Below, piece after piece: positions 9,369 to 19,642 of a stretch of 64,000 bases of DNA (positions are counted from its first letter, which is position 1; every line of letters starts with the position of its first letter). The notes beneath the pieces were generated by a model, which did not search any database, had not been told where the DNA came from, and was given only the letters and a program-made list of their open reading frames with translations. Origin of the DNA: an uncultured virus (IMG/VR IMGVR_UViG_3300026382_000008) (taxonomy: Duplodnaviria; Heunggongvirae; Uroviricota; Caudoviricetes); IMG/VR virus record IMGVR_UViG_3300026382_000008. The stretch is one strand, 5' to 3'. A program made the translations under genes and the position numbers.

Positions 9369-9765
9369 TCCTTTTTGTATGAAAGAAACTTTAGATTCGT
9401 CTAAACAAATTGTATATCTTACAAAACCTAGTCAGTTTGTACCTATCACAGCTTCTAATTATATCAACACACGATCTTATGATAGTTGCGAAGAAGCGGA
9501 AAAAGAAGCTAAGTTTGATATAGAATTTTTCTCCTATCTACGAAATCGTATTTATCCATCTTTTGTACTCATGTTGGTTAAGAAGTACTTAGAAAACTGG
9601 TTCAAAACAAAAGGATATAGTGTTGCTAAGGATGAAGATTATGTGGTAATTTTAACATCTGGTGATGAAGAGCTAACAAAGAAACTTATGTTATATCTTA
9701 TGATTAAAGATGCTTTAGGGACATTCATTAATGGGATGGGATATAGTTGGGATTATAAGAAGTAA
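9334..9765 (+). CDS. Hypothetical protein
   Basis: SD GAGGT, operon-like overlap. Confidence 0.7.
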   Translation: MLIKAFYQKTNNPFCMKETLDSSKQIVYLTKPSQFVPITASNYINTRSYDSCEEAEKEAKFDIEFFSYLRNRIYPSFVLMLVKKYLENWFKTKGYSVAKDEDYVVILTSGDEELTKKLMLYLMIKDALGTFINGMGYSWDYKK

Positions 9766-10516
9766 CGGTTTATCAGGGCTTGTTTTCGATGTATGTGATT
9801 ATTTATTTTATCACCATGTGTACTTTGGATGTAAAGTAGCTATCGTTACCAATTTGAATATCAATATCTTAAAGAATTTCATAAATCAACATTATAGATA
9901 TCATTTGGAATATGATATTTTTGGCATATCAAACTTAGAAACAATAAAGACAAATATTTTGATTACAACAATTCTTAACAAAGATGTGCTAAAATATATT
10001 GAGTTTAATGAGTTATATTTCGTTCCTAATCAGATTTATTATTCTCTTTTTGATAGAGTTACAGTACACAATATTAAGAAAATTTGGTTTCAGGGTTTGA
10101 AAATTCATAAGCCTTTATACGAAAAAAACTTATTAATTTATTCTACTGATTACCCTTTAGTGTTTCCGATGAAAGATAAAATTTTATCATACACTAAAAT
10201 TTTAGTATACAAATCTCCTTTTTTAGCTAATCATCTTTCGAAAATTTACGATAGACCTATATACGCTTTATTACCATCAAAAGATTTCTTTAGTATGTTT
10301 GACAGCATGTTGATCTTAGACTCCAAAACATCCTATCAACGTCCAAGTTACACTCCTAGATTACCACTTGAAATCAGATATTTTGGATATGAATGTGAAT
10401 ACCTGGGTAGTGACAAAGTTATTCAAGAAAGAGTCAATCGTCCAATTGAATTCTTCTCATTTCCAGATTTAGAGGCGTCACCAAAATGGTTTATATCCTT
10501 ACCTCGGATTATCTGA
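9731..10516 (+). CDS. Putative GT-B glycosyltransferase-like protein, paralog 1
   Basis: SGLVFDVCDY at the N-terminus and TPRLPLEIRYFG at the C-terminus match the two downstream paralogs. Confidence 0.45.
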   Translation: MGWDIVGIIRSNGLSGLVFDVCDYLFYHHVYFGCKVAIVTNLNINILKNFINQHYRYHLEYDIFGISNLETIKTNILITTILNKDVLKYIEFNELYFVPNQIYYSLFDRVTVHNIKKIWFQGLKIHKPLYEKNLLIYSTDYPLVFPMKDKILSYTKILVYKSPFLANHLSKIYDRPIYALLPSKDFFSMFDSMLILDSKTSYQRPSYTPRLPLEIRYFGYECEYLGSDKVIQERVNRPIEFFSFPDLEASPKWFISLPRII

Positions 10517-11307
10517 AACATTCTTATGTTTGCGGTCACTTTTTTGAAGCTTTAGATATACATTTTATGTTGAATAGAGTTGGAATACAATCGCAAATTT
10601 GTACATTTAACAAGAATTTTGCATTATACACTGATGTTTATGTTAAGAGTCTTTATGAAGATAAACTTGTTGATAATGTATCAATTCAATATCTGACAAA
10701 ACCATTTTATCAATTTGATGGACCAGTTATAGTAACAGATGGGGCTCTTGATAAAGTATTTGTTCGGGCCCCATCTGTTATTCTTTGTTTATGTAGCAAG
10801 TTTGATGTATCTCATATCTTGTCTGATAAGATTTTTATTTTAGGTGATACTAGATTTATGACTAAAGATTTCATTAAAGAAAAGTTCCAGATTGTTAATG
10901 AAGATCATTTAGAAAAGTATGATATTATACATTATGTTAAAAAAATAGCTTTTGACTTTTATAAACGCTATGATAGTTTTGATTCTCGATGTCTTATTTA
11001 CATGGGAAATAGAATGAAAATGACTGAATCATTACCAATACTAAAATGTAATATGTTGACGATTAAAAATCAATTACCAATCCCTAATCTACATAAACAT
11101 TTTGATACGTACATTTATACACCAGTTAAACGTCAATATGATTGTAGTAACAGACTAATAAAAGAGTGTCAATTCTACAACAAAAAAATTGTCTTTGCAA
11201 TTGATTATGAAGATATAGCATTACAGATACGATATGAAGATGACTTAAGTAATGTTTGGTTTACAGAGAATGATGATCTTATCAACCTAATACGAGATTT
11301 GTTATGA
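10486..11307 (+). CDS. Putative GT-B glycosyltransferase-like protein, paralog 2
   Basis: CGHFFEALD; DCSNRLIKEC (D-x7-E, similar to the GT4 E-x7-E motif). Confidence 0.5.
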   Translation: MVYILTSDYLKHSYVCGHFFEALDIHFMLNRVGIQSQICTFNKNFALYTDVYVKSLYEDKLVDNVSIQYLTKPFYQFDGPVIVTDGALDKVFVRAPSVILCLCSKFDVSHILSDKIFILGDTRFMTKDFIKEKFQIVNEDHLEKYDIIHYVKKIAFDFYKRYDSFDSRCLIYMGNRMKMTESLPILKCNMLTIKNQLPIPNLHKHFDTYIYTPVKRQYDCSNRLIKECQFYNKKIVFAIDYEDIALQIRYEDDLSNVWFTENDDLINLIRDLL

Positions 11308-12143
11308 TCTTGCTTACCTATTCTTTTGAAAAACATGGTTTTTCTGGTCATATATTTGAGGTATTAGATTACTTTTATTGGTTGACTGTTAATGGATTTA
11401 CAAATATATATTTTGCGATTCCGTTTTTTACATTTGATGATATATTAAGAATTGTAAGTTCTCGTTATACAAAAAAGTTTTACGATTTCATATATAATCA
11501 AAGAAACAGGTATGTGTACATCGACAAAACATATGTTTCTAAACCAGTTATTGATTTAACAAAATTTTCAATCGTAATCTCCACTAATGGAGGTTTATGT
11601 TATAATAGACATAAACGTGTATTTTTACAAAACTTTGTAGGATTTAGATGCAACATAGAAAAAGATACATCTTTATACGTTATAGGTTTTCGCTATATTT
11701 TGCAAGATTCGCGTATTTATGTTAGTGATTGGTCCGATTTTCAAACAATCGACTATATCAAGAAAATTTTATTTGATTCTATAAAATACGAACCATGTGA
11801 TAATGTTTATGAATATGCTGCTTATTGTCAAGGAACTCAAAAAGACATATGTCATAAATTTGTAGACATAATAAATGATTCATGTTTAATTATAGGACGA
11901 ACTCAAAAACCTCCTATTGATAATCTTTTTGCAAAGTTTAAGACATATTTAGTAACACCTACTAGAAGAAAATTCGATTGTTCACCAAGATTAATAAAAG
12001 AGTGTCAATACTTTGATAAAGAAATTCTTTTTCTGAATCAACCAGATTATAGCACATATATACGTTATAAAGACCCTTTAGATAAAGTTGATTTGAAAAA
12101 TGATGAATTTATTTTGGAATTTCTGGAGAAGATTACATGTTAA
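11304..12143 (+). CDS. Putative GT-B glycosyltransferase-like protein, paralog 3
   Basis: SGHIFEVLD; DCSPRLIKEC. Confidence 0.5.
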   Translation: MILLTYSFEKHGFSGHIFEVLDYFYWLTVNGFTNIYFAIPFFTFDDILRIVSSRYTKKFYDFIYNQRNRYVYIDKTYVSKPVIDLTKFSIVISTNGGLCYNRHKRVFLQNFVGFRCNIEKDTSLYVIGFRYILQDSRIYVSDWSDFQTIDYIKKILFDSIKYEPCDNVYEYAAYCQGTQKDICHKFVDIINDSCLIIGRTQKPPIDNLFAKFKTYLVTPTRRKFDCSPRLIKECQYFDKEILFLNQPDYSTYIRYKDPLDKVDLKNDEFILEFLEKITC

Positions 12144-13135
12144 CATTTAAAGACATTCTAACAGTTTTCAATATAACTGATAACAAATGTCTTAATAAGC
12201 GTTATTGGTTATTTATCGGTACACAATGCAATGTATCGTGTTCTTTTTGTTATTACAGAAAGCATCATAAGTACTTCAAAACATTAGAAGAACTTGAATT
12301 TTTAATGCAACATGTTCTGAACATTTACCATTTTGAAGAAGTTGATATTTCAGGTGGTGAACCTTCAATTTATCCTGATTTAGAACAACTCGTATTAATG
12401 CTTAGAAATAAGTTTCAGTTAAAAGTAGGAGTTGTTACAAACGGATTTTCACATAAACATCTAGATCTATTTGATGATAGACTTTTAACCTTTCATGGTT
12501 TCGAAGATGATTATTATTTAAGTGTTGGAAGTAAGAAATTATTTTCTGTATTCATCAATACGTTAGAATTCTGTGAAAAACATGATATATTCATTAGAAT
12601 AAACTTTGTTCTTTTTAACGAAAATCAGTACAACAAACTAGATAATTATCTTGAATTCTTACAGCAATTTAAAGTTGTTAAACAAGTTAATCTACTTCCA
12701 ATTAATGCATGGTCCGACCAAAAAAATACAACTTTTAATCGTTATCGTCCTCTTAACATACATAATATATACAATTTTGAAATCAATATAAGATATTTTC
12801 CTTACTGCTTAACTAATCGTCCAGAATTTGTTGTCTCAATGTTAGGACACATATGGGACAAAAGAGATTGGAGTGTACTTAGCTATAAACTTCCAGATAA
12901 GATTTTGAGAAACGATGATCTCTATCGATATGAATGTATACATTATGTACAAACACGGCTTTCTTCTACTCACAAGATGTTAGATATATGTAGTAAGTGT
13001 AAGTACTTTAAGATATGTGATGGTATACAGTTAAAACAGTATGATAAGATTGATAAAAGTCTGTTTAAACCTTTAGAGGGAGAATACGTTTATGATCCAA
13101 GAAACATTAGAAAATCATGTCCTGGAGATTTATGA
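12137..13135 (+). CDS. Radical SAM enzyme with C-terminal Cys cluster
   Basis: CNVSCSFC, SGGEP, FPYC, CSKCKYFKICDG. Confidence 0.9.
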   Translation: MLTFKDILTVFNITDNKCLNKRYWLFIGTQCNVSCSFCYYRKHHKYFKTLEELEFLMQHVLNIYHFEEVDISGGEPSIYPDLEQLVLMLRNKFQLKVGVVTNGFSHKHLDLFDDRLLTFHGFEDDYYLSVGSKKLFSVFINTLEFCEKHDIFIRINFVLFNENQYNKLDNYLEFLQQFKVVKQVNLLPINAWSDQKNTTFNRYRPLNIHNIYNFEINIRYFPYCLTNRPEFVVSMLGHIWDKRDWSVLSYKLPDKILRNDDLYRYECIHYVQTRLSSTHKMLDICSKCKYFKICDGIQLKQYDKIDKSLFKPLEGEYVYDPRNIRKSCPGDL

Positions 13136-14081
13136 TAGAGATCACCTTATAAATCGTCTTTATGTACATATGGATCTTTTAATGCATTGTAATCAAAGAT
13201 GCTCATATTGTTATGCATTCAAGTATAATAAAAAACACGTTATTGTTCCACCAAAGAAGGTATCATTAATACTAGAAGCTTTATCTCATGCAAAACTACC
13301 TGTTTTTCTAGGTATTCAAGGAGGTGAGCCGTCACTATATCCTCTTAAAACCCTAATAAATTCTTTTGAATTATTTTTACAATCAAAAACTAAAAATAGA
13401 GTATACTTTACAACTAATTTCTATAAACCTTCTTTCTGGTTTGACCTTTTAAAGTGTTTTTCAAAATCTTCAAGAAATAAACTTTATCTACTAGTGTCAT
13501 TTCACCCTGAATACGTTAAAGATGAGATATCTTTCATATACAATTTGTATGAAATAAGCCATTTAGTAAAGAAAGTAAGAATCAATGTAATGTTGTACCC
13601 TCCTTATTTATCTAAATGTATACGTGTTCTAAAATTTCTTCTTAATGATATGTTTCGACCAAAAAACCTAGAAATTCATCCTCATTTTCTTTATATTGAG
13701 AGTATAAAATTCTGGCCGTATAAAAACGATATCTGGTATAAGCTTGAATTTCTCAAATATTATGATGAATTAAAGTACATTAAAGTGCGAACAACATATC
13801 AAGATTTGCTTTTATCTGATTATGAATACTTTAGATATGGATTTCATAAAACAGTTAAACATATGTTTTGCTATCATAATAATTTTGAAATATTTGTTGA
13901 TGGTGTAATCAAAAATATATGCATGAATAAAACGTTTGATTTGTCTTATATTGTCAATTTAGAGCAAATTAAACCTATTGTATGTCCTAATGAACAATGT
14001 TGTTGTGATGGTCTTGTGAAACAATATAAACGGTCACAATACATTGAACCAAAGTTTAACAACGAACTTAGACTGTGGTAG
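13092..14081 (+). CDS. Radical SAM enzyme (twitch-like C-terminus)
   Basis: CNQRCSYC, QGGEP, SFH, C...C...CPNEQCCCD. Confidence 0.88.
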   Translation: MIQETLENHVLEIYDRDHLINRLYVHMDLLMHCNQRCSYCYAFKYNKKHVIVPPKKVSLILEALSHAKLPVFLGIQGGEPSLYPLKTLINSFELFLQSKTKNRVYFTTNFYKPSFWFDLLKCFSKSSRNKLYLLVSFHPEYVKDEISFIYNLYEISHLVKKVRINVMLYPPYLSKCIRVLKFLLNDMFRPKNLEIHPHFLYIESIKFWPYKNDIWYKLEFLKYYDELKYIKVRTTYQDLLLSDYEYFRYGFHKTVKHMFCYHNNFEIFVDGVIKNICMNKTFDLSYIVNLEQIKPIVCPNEQCCCDGLVKQYKRSQYIEPKFNNELRLW

Positions 14082-15007
14082 GAATTATGAAAGCTGTCTT
14101 ACATGATTTAGATTTCATTTTTAGTAATTCATGTAATTTAAAGTGTCCTTATTGTGATCATACATATCTTTATAGAAATAAGACATTCACACATATAAAC
14201 TTTGATGAAATTTACTTATCAATGGTTACTCCTTTAATTGAAAAGACAAAAATTGTAAGTTTATCAGGTGGTGAACCAGGAATTCTGAATAGAGAATTTG
14301 TAACAAACTTTCTTGAATTTCTTGATTCTCATAACAATGATTTTTCACTATACATATATACTAATGGTTTGTTTATAGATCGTTATATACATCTTCTTAC
14401 AACATTTAAACATAAAGTAAGGATTATCTGGCATCTGGCACCGGAACCATCAGAAATTCATATAGAAAAAGCAAAAACTTATCTGAAATATTCTTTTCCT
14501 ATAATTGCCCATGTGGTGCTTCATAAACATAACATTGAATATCTTAAACATTTTCTTATTCAGTGGAAGAAGATATTACCAACTTTTCCGATCAGAGTTG
14601 GTCTTTTCACATCAAATGAAAAGTTTCTTAGAGAAAGATTTGAAGTCAAAAGTGAAGATGTGTTAGATTTTAGTGATTTTTGTGCTGTTCACAAAATAGA
14701 CTTTATTTTTAAGTTTTCTAAATTGTTAAAGGTTCAACCTAAGATGGATTACTGTATACGAAAATTCTGTTTCTTTAATAGATCTAACCTCATTGTAGAT
14801 TTTGAAGAGAAACAATTTATAAGATGTTGTTGGATGGATCCACAAAGAGCTATTTCATTCGAAGAGTTTAATGATGAAAATTTGAGAGATAAATTCTTGA
14901 ATGATTTTTCATATGACGCATGTAAATCATGTAATCATTGTTTGTATGATTTGAAAGATCCTTATCTTCTAAAATGGTTAAGATCATGCTTGTTGAATGG
15001 GAAGTAA
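14075..15007 (+). CDS. Radical SAM enzyme
   Basis: CNLKCPYC, SGGEP, RCC...CKSCNHC. Confidence 0.88.
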   Translation: MVGIMKAVLHDLDFIFSNSCNLKCPYCDHTYLYRNKTFTHINFDEIYLSMVTPLIEKTKIVSLSGGEPGILNREFVTNFLEFLDSHNNDFSLYIYTNGLFIDRYIHLLTTFKHKVRIIWHLAPEPSEIHIEKAKTYLKYSFPIIAHVVLHKHNIEYLKHFLIQWKKILPTFPIRVGLFTSNEKFLRERFEVKSEDVLDFSDFCAVHKIDFIFKFSKLLKVQPKMDYCIRKFCFFNRSNLIVDFEEKQFIRCCWMDPQRAISFEEFNDENLRDKFLNDFSYDACKSCNHCLYDLKDPYLLKWLRSCLLNGK

Positions 15008-15750
15008 CTTTAAAATGTAATTTTGATTGCAAATACTGTGGTCTACGTCAGAAGATAGAAGAAGAGATAGATGAGTTAAAACTTGATAGATTCATACAAA
15101 AACTTAAGACTTACAACACTGAAATCTTTTGTTTTGGTGGTGAACCCTTTTTACACCCGAAAATTCATTTTATAACACAAAAACTTTTTGAGTATGATGT
15201 TAAACATGTTTTTCAAACGAACTTTTCACCTTATTCCGTAAAATGTTTTGGATCATTAAAGTATAAACCAATTTTGCAAATTTCAATACATGAACCATAT
15301 TATGAATCTTTAAAAGATCATTATATAGCGTCTATTAAAACTTACAAAAATTATATCAGACAGATAAGCATTATGTTTCTAACACCTAAAGCATTAAAGA
15401 TATATGATGAGTTGAAAACCATAATAGATGAATCTAAATTAGTTATATCAGCAATTGGTGATTTCAAAGTTACAGGATTTATAGATTCTTTACATATGTT
15501 TAATCAACTATCGAGAACACTCAATAAGAGATATAACTTTGAGACACCTATTAAACAATATGGAAAGTATAGATTATCACGTCCTTTGCTTTGGGAATTG
15601 ATAATGACTGGAAAAATTGAACCAACTCGTGGTAAGCCTTGTCTTTATAAAGGTCGATATATTTTATTTGATCCTCAATTAAATTCTTATAACTGTAGTT
15701 ATAGATGTAATTCTGATATATGCCCACACAAATGTTGTTTCTTTATGTAG
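14974..15750 (+). CDS. Radical SAM enzyme
   Basis: CNFDCKYC, FGGEP, ISIH, C-terminal CPHKCC. Confidence 0.88.
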   Translation: MVKIMLVEWEVTLKCNFDCKYCGLRQKIEEEIDELKLDRFIQKLKTYNTEIFCFGGEPFLHPKIHFITQKLFEYDVKHVFQTNFSPYSVKCFGSLKYKPILQISIHEPYYESLKDHYIASIKTYKNYIRQISIMFLTPKALKIYDELKTIIDESKLVISAIGDFKVTGFIDSLHMFNQLSRTLNKRYNFETPIKQYGKYRLSRPLLWELIMTGKIEPTRGKPCLYKGRYILFDPQLNSYNCSYRCNSDICPHKCCFFM

Positions 15751-15763
15751 AGAGGTTTGAAAT

Positions 15764-16360
15764 ATGGGAGATCGTTTTTGTGTTAAAGGAAAGTTTGAGC
15801 TAATTGATAGAATTTATTCTACACCAGATTTCAATTTATGCGTCTTTCATAATTATCTTTCGAATTCTGATAAACTTCTTTTTGATAATTCTACAGATTT
15901 AACACCTGAATTTGTAAAGAATCATAAAGCATACAATATTCTATTCAATCCTTTATCACATAATAAGTTTTCGACAATTCTTTATGCAAGCGAAGATTTA
16001 AATACACTTGTAACATGTTTATTACCAAACTTCGTTCCATCGAGATCTGATTTTGAAAAGATAGTCGAAATTCAACAAGAATATGATGTAGTATTTCTTA
16101 ATCAATTGAGATGGACAAAAGTTAACGATCAACTATATTATCTTGATTTAGAGAATATAGCTTTGCTTACAGATAAAATCAAACACCTATCCAATCTTAT
16201 TTTTCATCATATTACATCAGAAAAACTAATTATAACATCAATTGATGATAGATATAGTGATATAGATATAAGTCCATATCCTGAAATTCATGAATATGTG
16301 CGATTCAATGATTTCATTTCAATTTTAAATGATCAAGCTAATAATTCGAGGTTGTCATGA
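15764..16360 (+). CDS. Hypothetical protein
   Basis: SD GAGGT; YYLDLEN resembles YYIDIDS in 17138-17839. Confidence 0.7.
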   Translation: MGDRFCVKGKFELIDRIYSTPDFNLCVFHNYLSNSDKLLFDNSTDLTPEFVKNHKAYNILFNPLSHNKFSTILYASEDLNTLVTCLLPNFVPSRSDFEKIVEIQQEYDVVFLNQLRWTKVNDQLYYLDLENIALLTDKIKHLSNLIFHHITSEKLIITSIDDRYSDIDISPYPEIHEYVRFNDFISILNDQANNSRLS

Positions 16361-17256
16361 TCTTTTTGCATATAGGAGGAGTGCTTAGACATTTTCCCGA
16401 TTACATTCCTCTTCTTTTTAGTTTAAAGTCAAAATACAAATTTCTAAGATTTATAGGATACGATTCATTTAAGGATCTTCAACAATCAGGAGGACGAATA
16501 AATTATTTTGCTTCAGATTATGATATAGAGAAATTAGAATTATTACGAAAAACAAATTTATTTGATTCTTTTAACATTCAACTAGGAAACTTTTACTACA
16601 TAAAAGAAGAAATAGACCTGATTAAACAACGTTTAACAGATATATTATTGTTTTTTGATAAAGTTTATGTTACTCTTTCTAATGAATATTTGTTATCTAA
16701 ATTGAAACAATTCTTCGGTAACAATATTGTAGCTATATGTAGCATAACAAGAGTTCAACTTTCTTCAATTGAATGCGATAGAAAAGATTCTCTAATGTAT
16801 AAAAGATTGGAGAAAATATTTGATTTGATTGTTCCAAGATGTGAACATGTTTTCCAAGAAAATTTCATAAAGTCAGTAAACCTTAACAAGTATATCATAA
16901 TGATAAATGATACATGTAAGTACGCATGTCCCTATTGGAAATCACACTTTAAAGTTTATCATAAATTAAATGTATCTCACAAATGGAAATTGTTTAATAA
17001 ACAACAAATCTATAAGTTTCATGAATGCTGGTTAAAAGACTTTAATCCTTACGAAGAAAACCATCAGGAACGTTGTATATATGGTGATAAGTACGGAATG
17101 GACTTAACTGCAAAACAAATTAAGGAACTTATAGAACATGGAGTTAAACATTTCAAAATCTCAGGTCGAGAACTCACCAGTTCTAGATTTACTCAAGAAC
17201 TTAAAGACCAACTACAAAAGTTTGAAACAGCTTTTCAAACTACTAGAAGAAGTTAA
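16357..17256 (+). CDS. Peptidase U32-family-like protein (Fe-S hydroxylase family)
   Basis: INDTCKYACP..H, later C, GVKHFKISGRE. Confidence 0.75.
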   Translation: MIFLHIGGVLRHFPDYIPLLFSLKSKYKFLRFIGYDSFKDLQQSGGRINYFASDYDIEKLELLRKTNLFDSFNIQLGNFYYIKEEIDLIKQRLTDILLFFDKVYVTLSNEYLLSKLKQFFGNNIVAICSITRVQLSSIECDRKDSLMYKRLEKIFDLIVPRCEHVFQENFIKSVNLNKYIIMINDTCKYACPYWKSHFKVYHKLNVSHKWKLFNKQQIYKFHECWLKDFNPYEENHQERCIYGDKYGMDLTAKQIKELIEHGVKHFKISGRELTSSRFTQELKDQLQKFETAFQTTRRS

Positions 17257-17839
17257 TATAAGTTTGAGTAGTGTTAAACGTATAAACTTGAATGAATGTG
17301 GAGAGATTTGGACTATACTAACAGATTCAAGTATCGTTTACAATCTTGAATCGTTAACTTGTTTACCGAATCTCAGCATAACTGATCATATTATAGATTA
17401 TGTTTATGATTCGTATCTATTTCGTATATCGAAATCAATTTTTCTAAAACTTTACAAAAAATATGTATATCTCTTGATCAATGAATTACCTGGTAATAAA
17501 AAGTTTATATCATCAGACATACTTTGTAGGGAGTTGATTCCGTCTGAACATATCATTTTATCTAGAAATTTCATTTCATTCGTAATACATAGACAAAAGA
17601 AACTACGACTTGTTTTGCCTAATATAGAAAACTTTTTGTTGTATGATCAATCTTATTACTATATAGACATAGATTCGTTCATCATTCCTAAAGATACGTA
17701 TTTGCTTTCAACATGGATTGATGTCTACAATGGTATTGTAATCTACAATCGCAAAACAAACAAATTAAAACATTATCATAAATTGTTAACTTGTACTTAT
17801 AACAGACCTTTCAAATTCATAGAGGTTAACTCATGTTAA
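17138..17839 (+). CDS. Hypothetical protein (weak kinase-like N...D motif)
   Basis: ENFLLYDQSYYYIDID; start uncertain because of the long overlap. Confidence 0.55.
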   Translation: MELNISKSQVENSPVLDLLKNLKTNYKSLKQLFKLLEEVNISLSSVKRINLNECGEIWTILTDSSIVYNLESLTCLPNLSITDHIIDYVYDSYLFRISKSIFLKLYKKYVYLLINELPGNKKFISSDILCRELIPSEHIILSRNFISFVIHRQKKLRLVLPNIENFLLYDQSYYYIDIDSFIIPKDTYLLSTWIDVYNGIVIYNRKTNKLKHYHKLLTCTYNRPFKFIEVNSC

Positions 17840-18837
17840 TTGGTAAGATCAGACCCAAAAAGTCTTACGAAGTCTTAAATGACAACATTGATGAATCATA
17901 TAATTTTGAAGTTGTATCTCGTATCAATGATCTTTGTTCGTTACAATGTCCTTATTGTCATTGGTGCCATGGATATCATTATGATCTTAATGAGTGGTTT
18001 GAGACACATTTAAAGTTATTAGAAGTACTTCTACCTTTACACAAAAACATTCTTTTTTCATTTCATGGTGGTGAAGCAACAGAACATCCGGAATATAACT
18101 TATTTGAATCAATGATTTTTAAATTGAAAGATAAATTTGGTAGTCATCTAACAACGCTTCTAATGTCTCATGGTTTGTCACCATTATCAAAATATGAGGT
18201 ATTTGATAAACTCAATTTAACGTTACATTTTAATGAAAGTTTGCGCGTTAGAAAGCTTGATAATTTCTTTTTAACATTGGAAACATTCAGAAATAAAGTT
18301 GTGACTGTTGATATTATGTTAGAGAGTGTAGAAGAACCAAACTTAGATCTTTACAAAGATACAGTGTGCAATCTAATAGAATATTGTTTCAAATACGGAA
18401 TTAAAGTAACGTTACTTAAAGACTATTGTCATTACAAAGATCCATCAATAGCTTCAAATAAAGTAAATCAATTTATAGTTAACAAATATGGTGAATTAGG
18501 GTCTAAATTTAATATCGATAATCATGTATATAGCTACAATCAATTATTTCAGCTTGGCTTAAATTGTGAAGGTTATAAGTGTTACGCTCTAAGAGATATA
18601 TGTTATACAGCATGTAATAAACTTTTTGCATGTGGTGTCCACATGACTTCATATTTAAAATCTGTTGTCTATAACCAACATTGTAACTATTATCATGAAT
18701 CATTGCTTGATCTAAAAGAAGTTGATACATCTTTTCTAAAAAGTTTCTTTATGATTTACAAATATAAACTTTTTAAGTGTAAGTGGCCTTATTGTGGAGG
18801 CGATTTTGAAGTACAAAAAGTTATCTCAGATTTATAA
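17833..18837 (+). CDS. Radical SAM enzyme
   Basis: CSLQCPYC, FHGGEA, LTLH, C..C..CKWPYCGGD. Confidence 0.88.
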   Translation: MLIGKIRPKKSYEVLNDNIDESYNFEVVSRINDLCSLQCPYCHWCHGYHYDLNEWFETHLKLLEVLLPLHKNILFSFHGGEATEHPEYNLFESMIFKLKDKFGSHLTTLLMSHGLSPLSKYEVFDKLNLTLHFNESLRVRKLDNFFLTLETFRNKVVTVDIMLESVEEPNLDLYKDTVCNLIEYCFKYGIKVTLLKDYCHYKDPSIASNKVNQFIVNKYGELGSKFNIDNHVYSYNQLFQLGLNCEGYKCYALRDICYTACNKLFACGVHMTSYLKSVVYNQHCNYYHESLLDLKEVDTSFLKSFFMIYKYKLFKCKWPYCGGDFEVQKVISDL

Positions 18838-19642
18838 TAATCGTAAACAAACCACTAAACTATGGATGATACATAACAAGAAGGAATTTCATGAAAGATT
18901 GTTTCAAAAAGTTTTTGAAGACTTTTTTCCATCATATGAAAATATCAGCATTTTTCTTACGTATGATACCTGTATACCAAAAAAGTCTTACTTTTTAAAC
19001 GCTTATAGTATACATTTCATAAATGAAGATGTAATTCATATTCACTCTCTGAAAAATTACTTTGAATTCTATCCAGTATTTGAGATTGTAAAACCTCCTT
19101 TGAAACTTCTTGAATTAGGTCTAATAGAATGCGAAGAACCTATTTATTCATTCGATTATGTTAAAAACTTTATGACTCTTATGTCCTATATTGATAAGAT
19201 GAAAGAAACTAAATTACAGACTATATCATCATATGATGAATTTAAATCTATTTTATTACAAAATCATACATTAGCATCAGACTTTATTGATACATGGTTA
19301 TACTTTTTAACTCACTTTTATGCTTCTTATCAAATAGTAACAAACTACTTTATAATTCATAATGGAACTCTTCTTCCAGATTTGATTGCTAATGAATGTT
19401 TTCCTTCTTACATACCATCATCATACATAAATATGTATGCGCATTGTTTCTTGTATGCTGTAGAACATAAACTTATCAATCAAAGCCAATTATTTACAAT
19501 GATATCTAATATAAATCTTAAACTTGAAGAAGTGTTTTGCATCTTAGTTTCTCTGTTAATTTTTGATGATGGAGTTCTTGATGAAGAAGTTAAACAACAC
19601 ATTAAAAACAGAATTGAAGAAATTTATAACTTATTGTTATAA
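18794..19642 (+). CDS. Hypothetical protein
   Basis: Long ORF within the operon. Confidence 0.7.
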   Translation: MEAILKYKKLSQIYNNRKQTTKLWMIHNKKEFHERLFQKVFEDFFPSYENISIFLTYDTCIPKKSYFLNAYSIHFINEDVIHIHSLKNYFEFYPVFEIVKPPLKLLELGLIECEEPIYSFDYVKNFMTLMSYIDKMKETKLQTISSYDEFKSILLQNHTLASDFIDTWLYFLTHFYASYQIVTNYFIIHNGTLLPDLIANECFPSYIPSSYINMYAHCFLYAVEHKLINQSQLFTMISNINLKLEEVFCILVSLLIFDDGVLDEEVKQHIKNRIEEIYNLLL

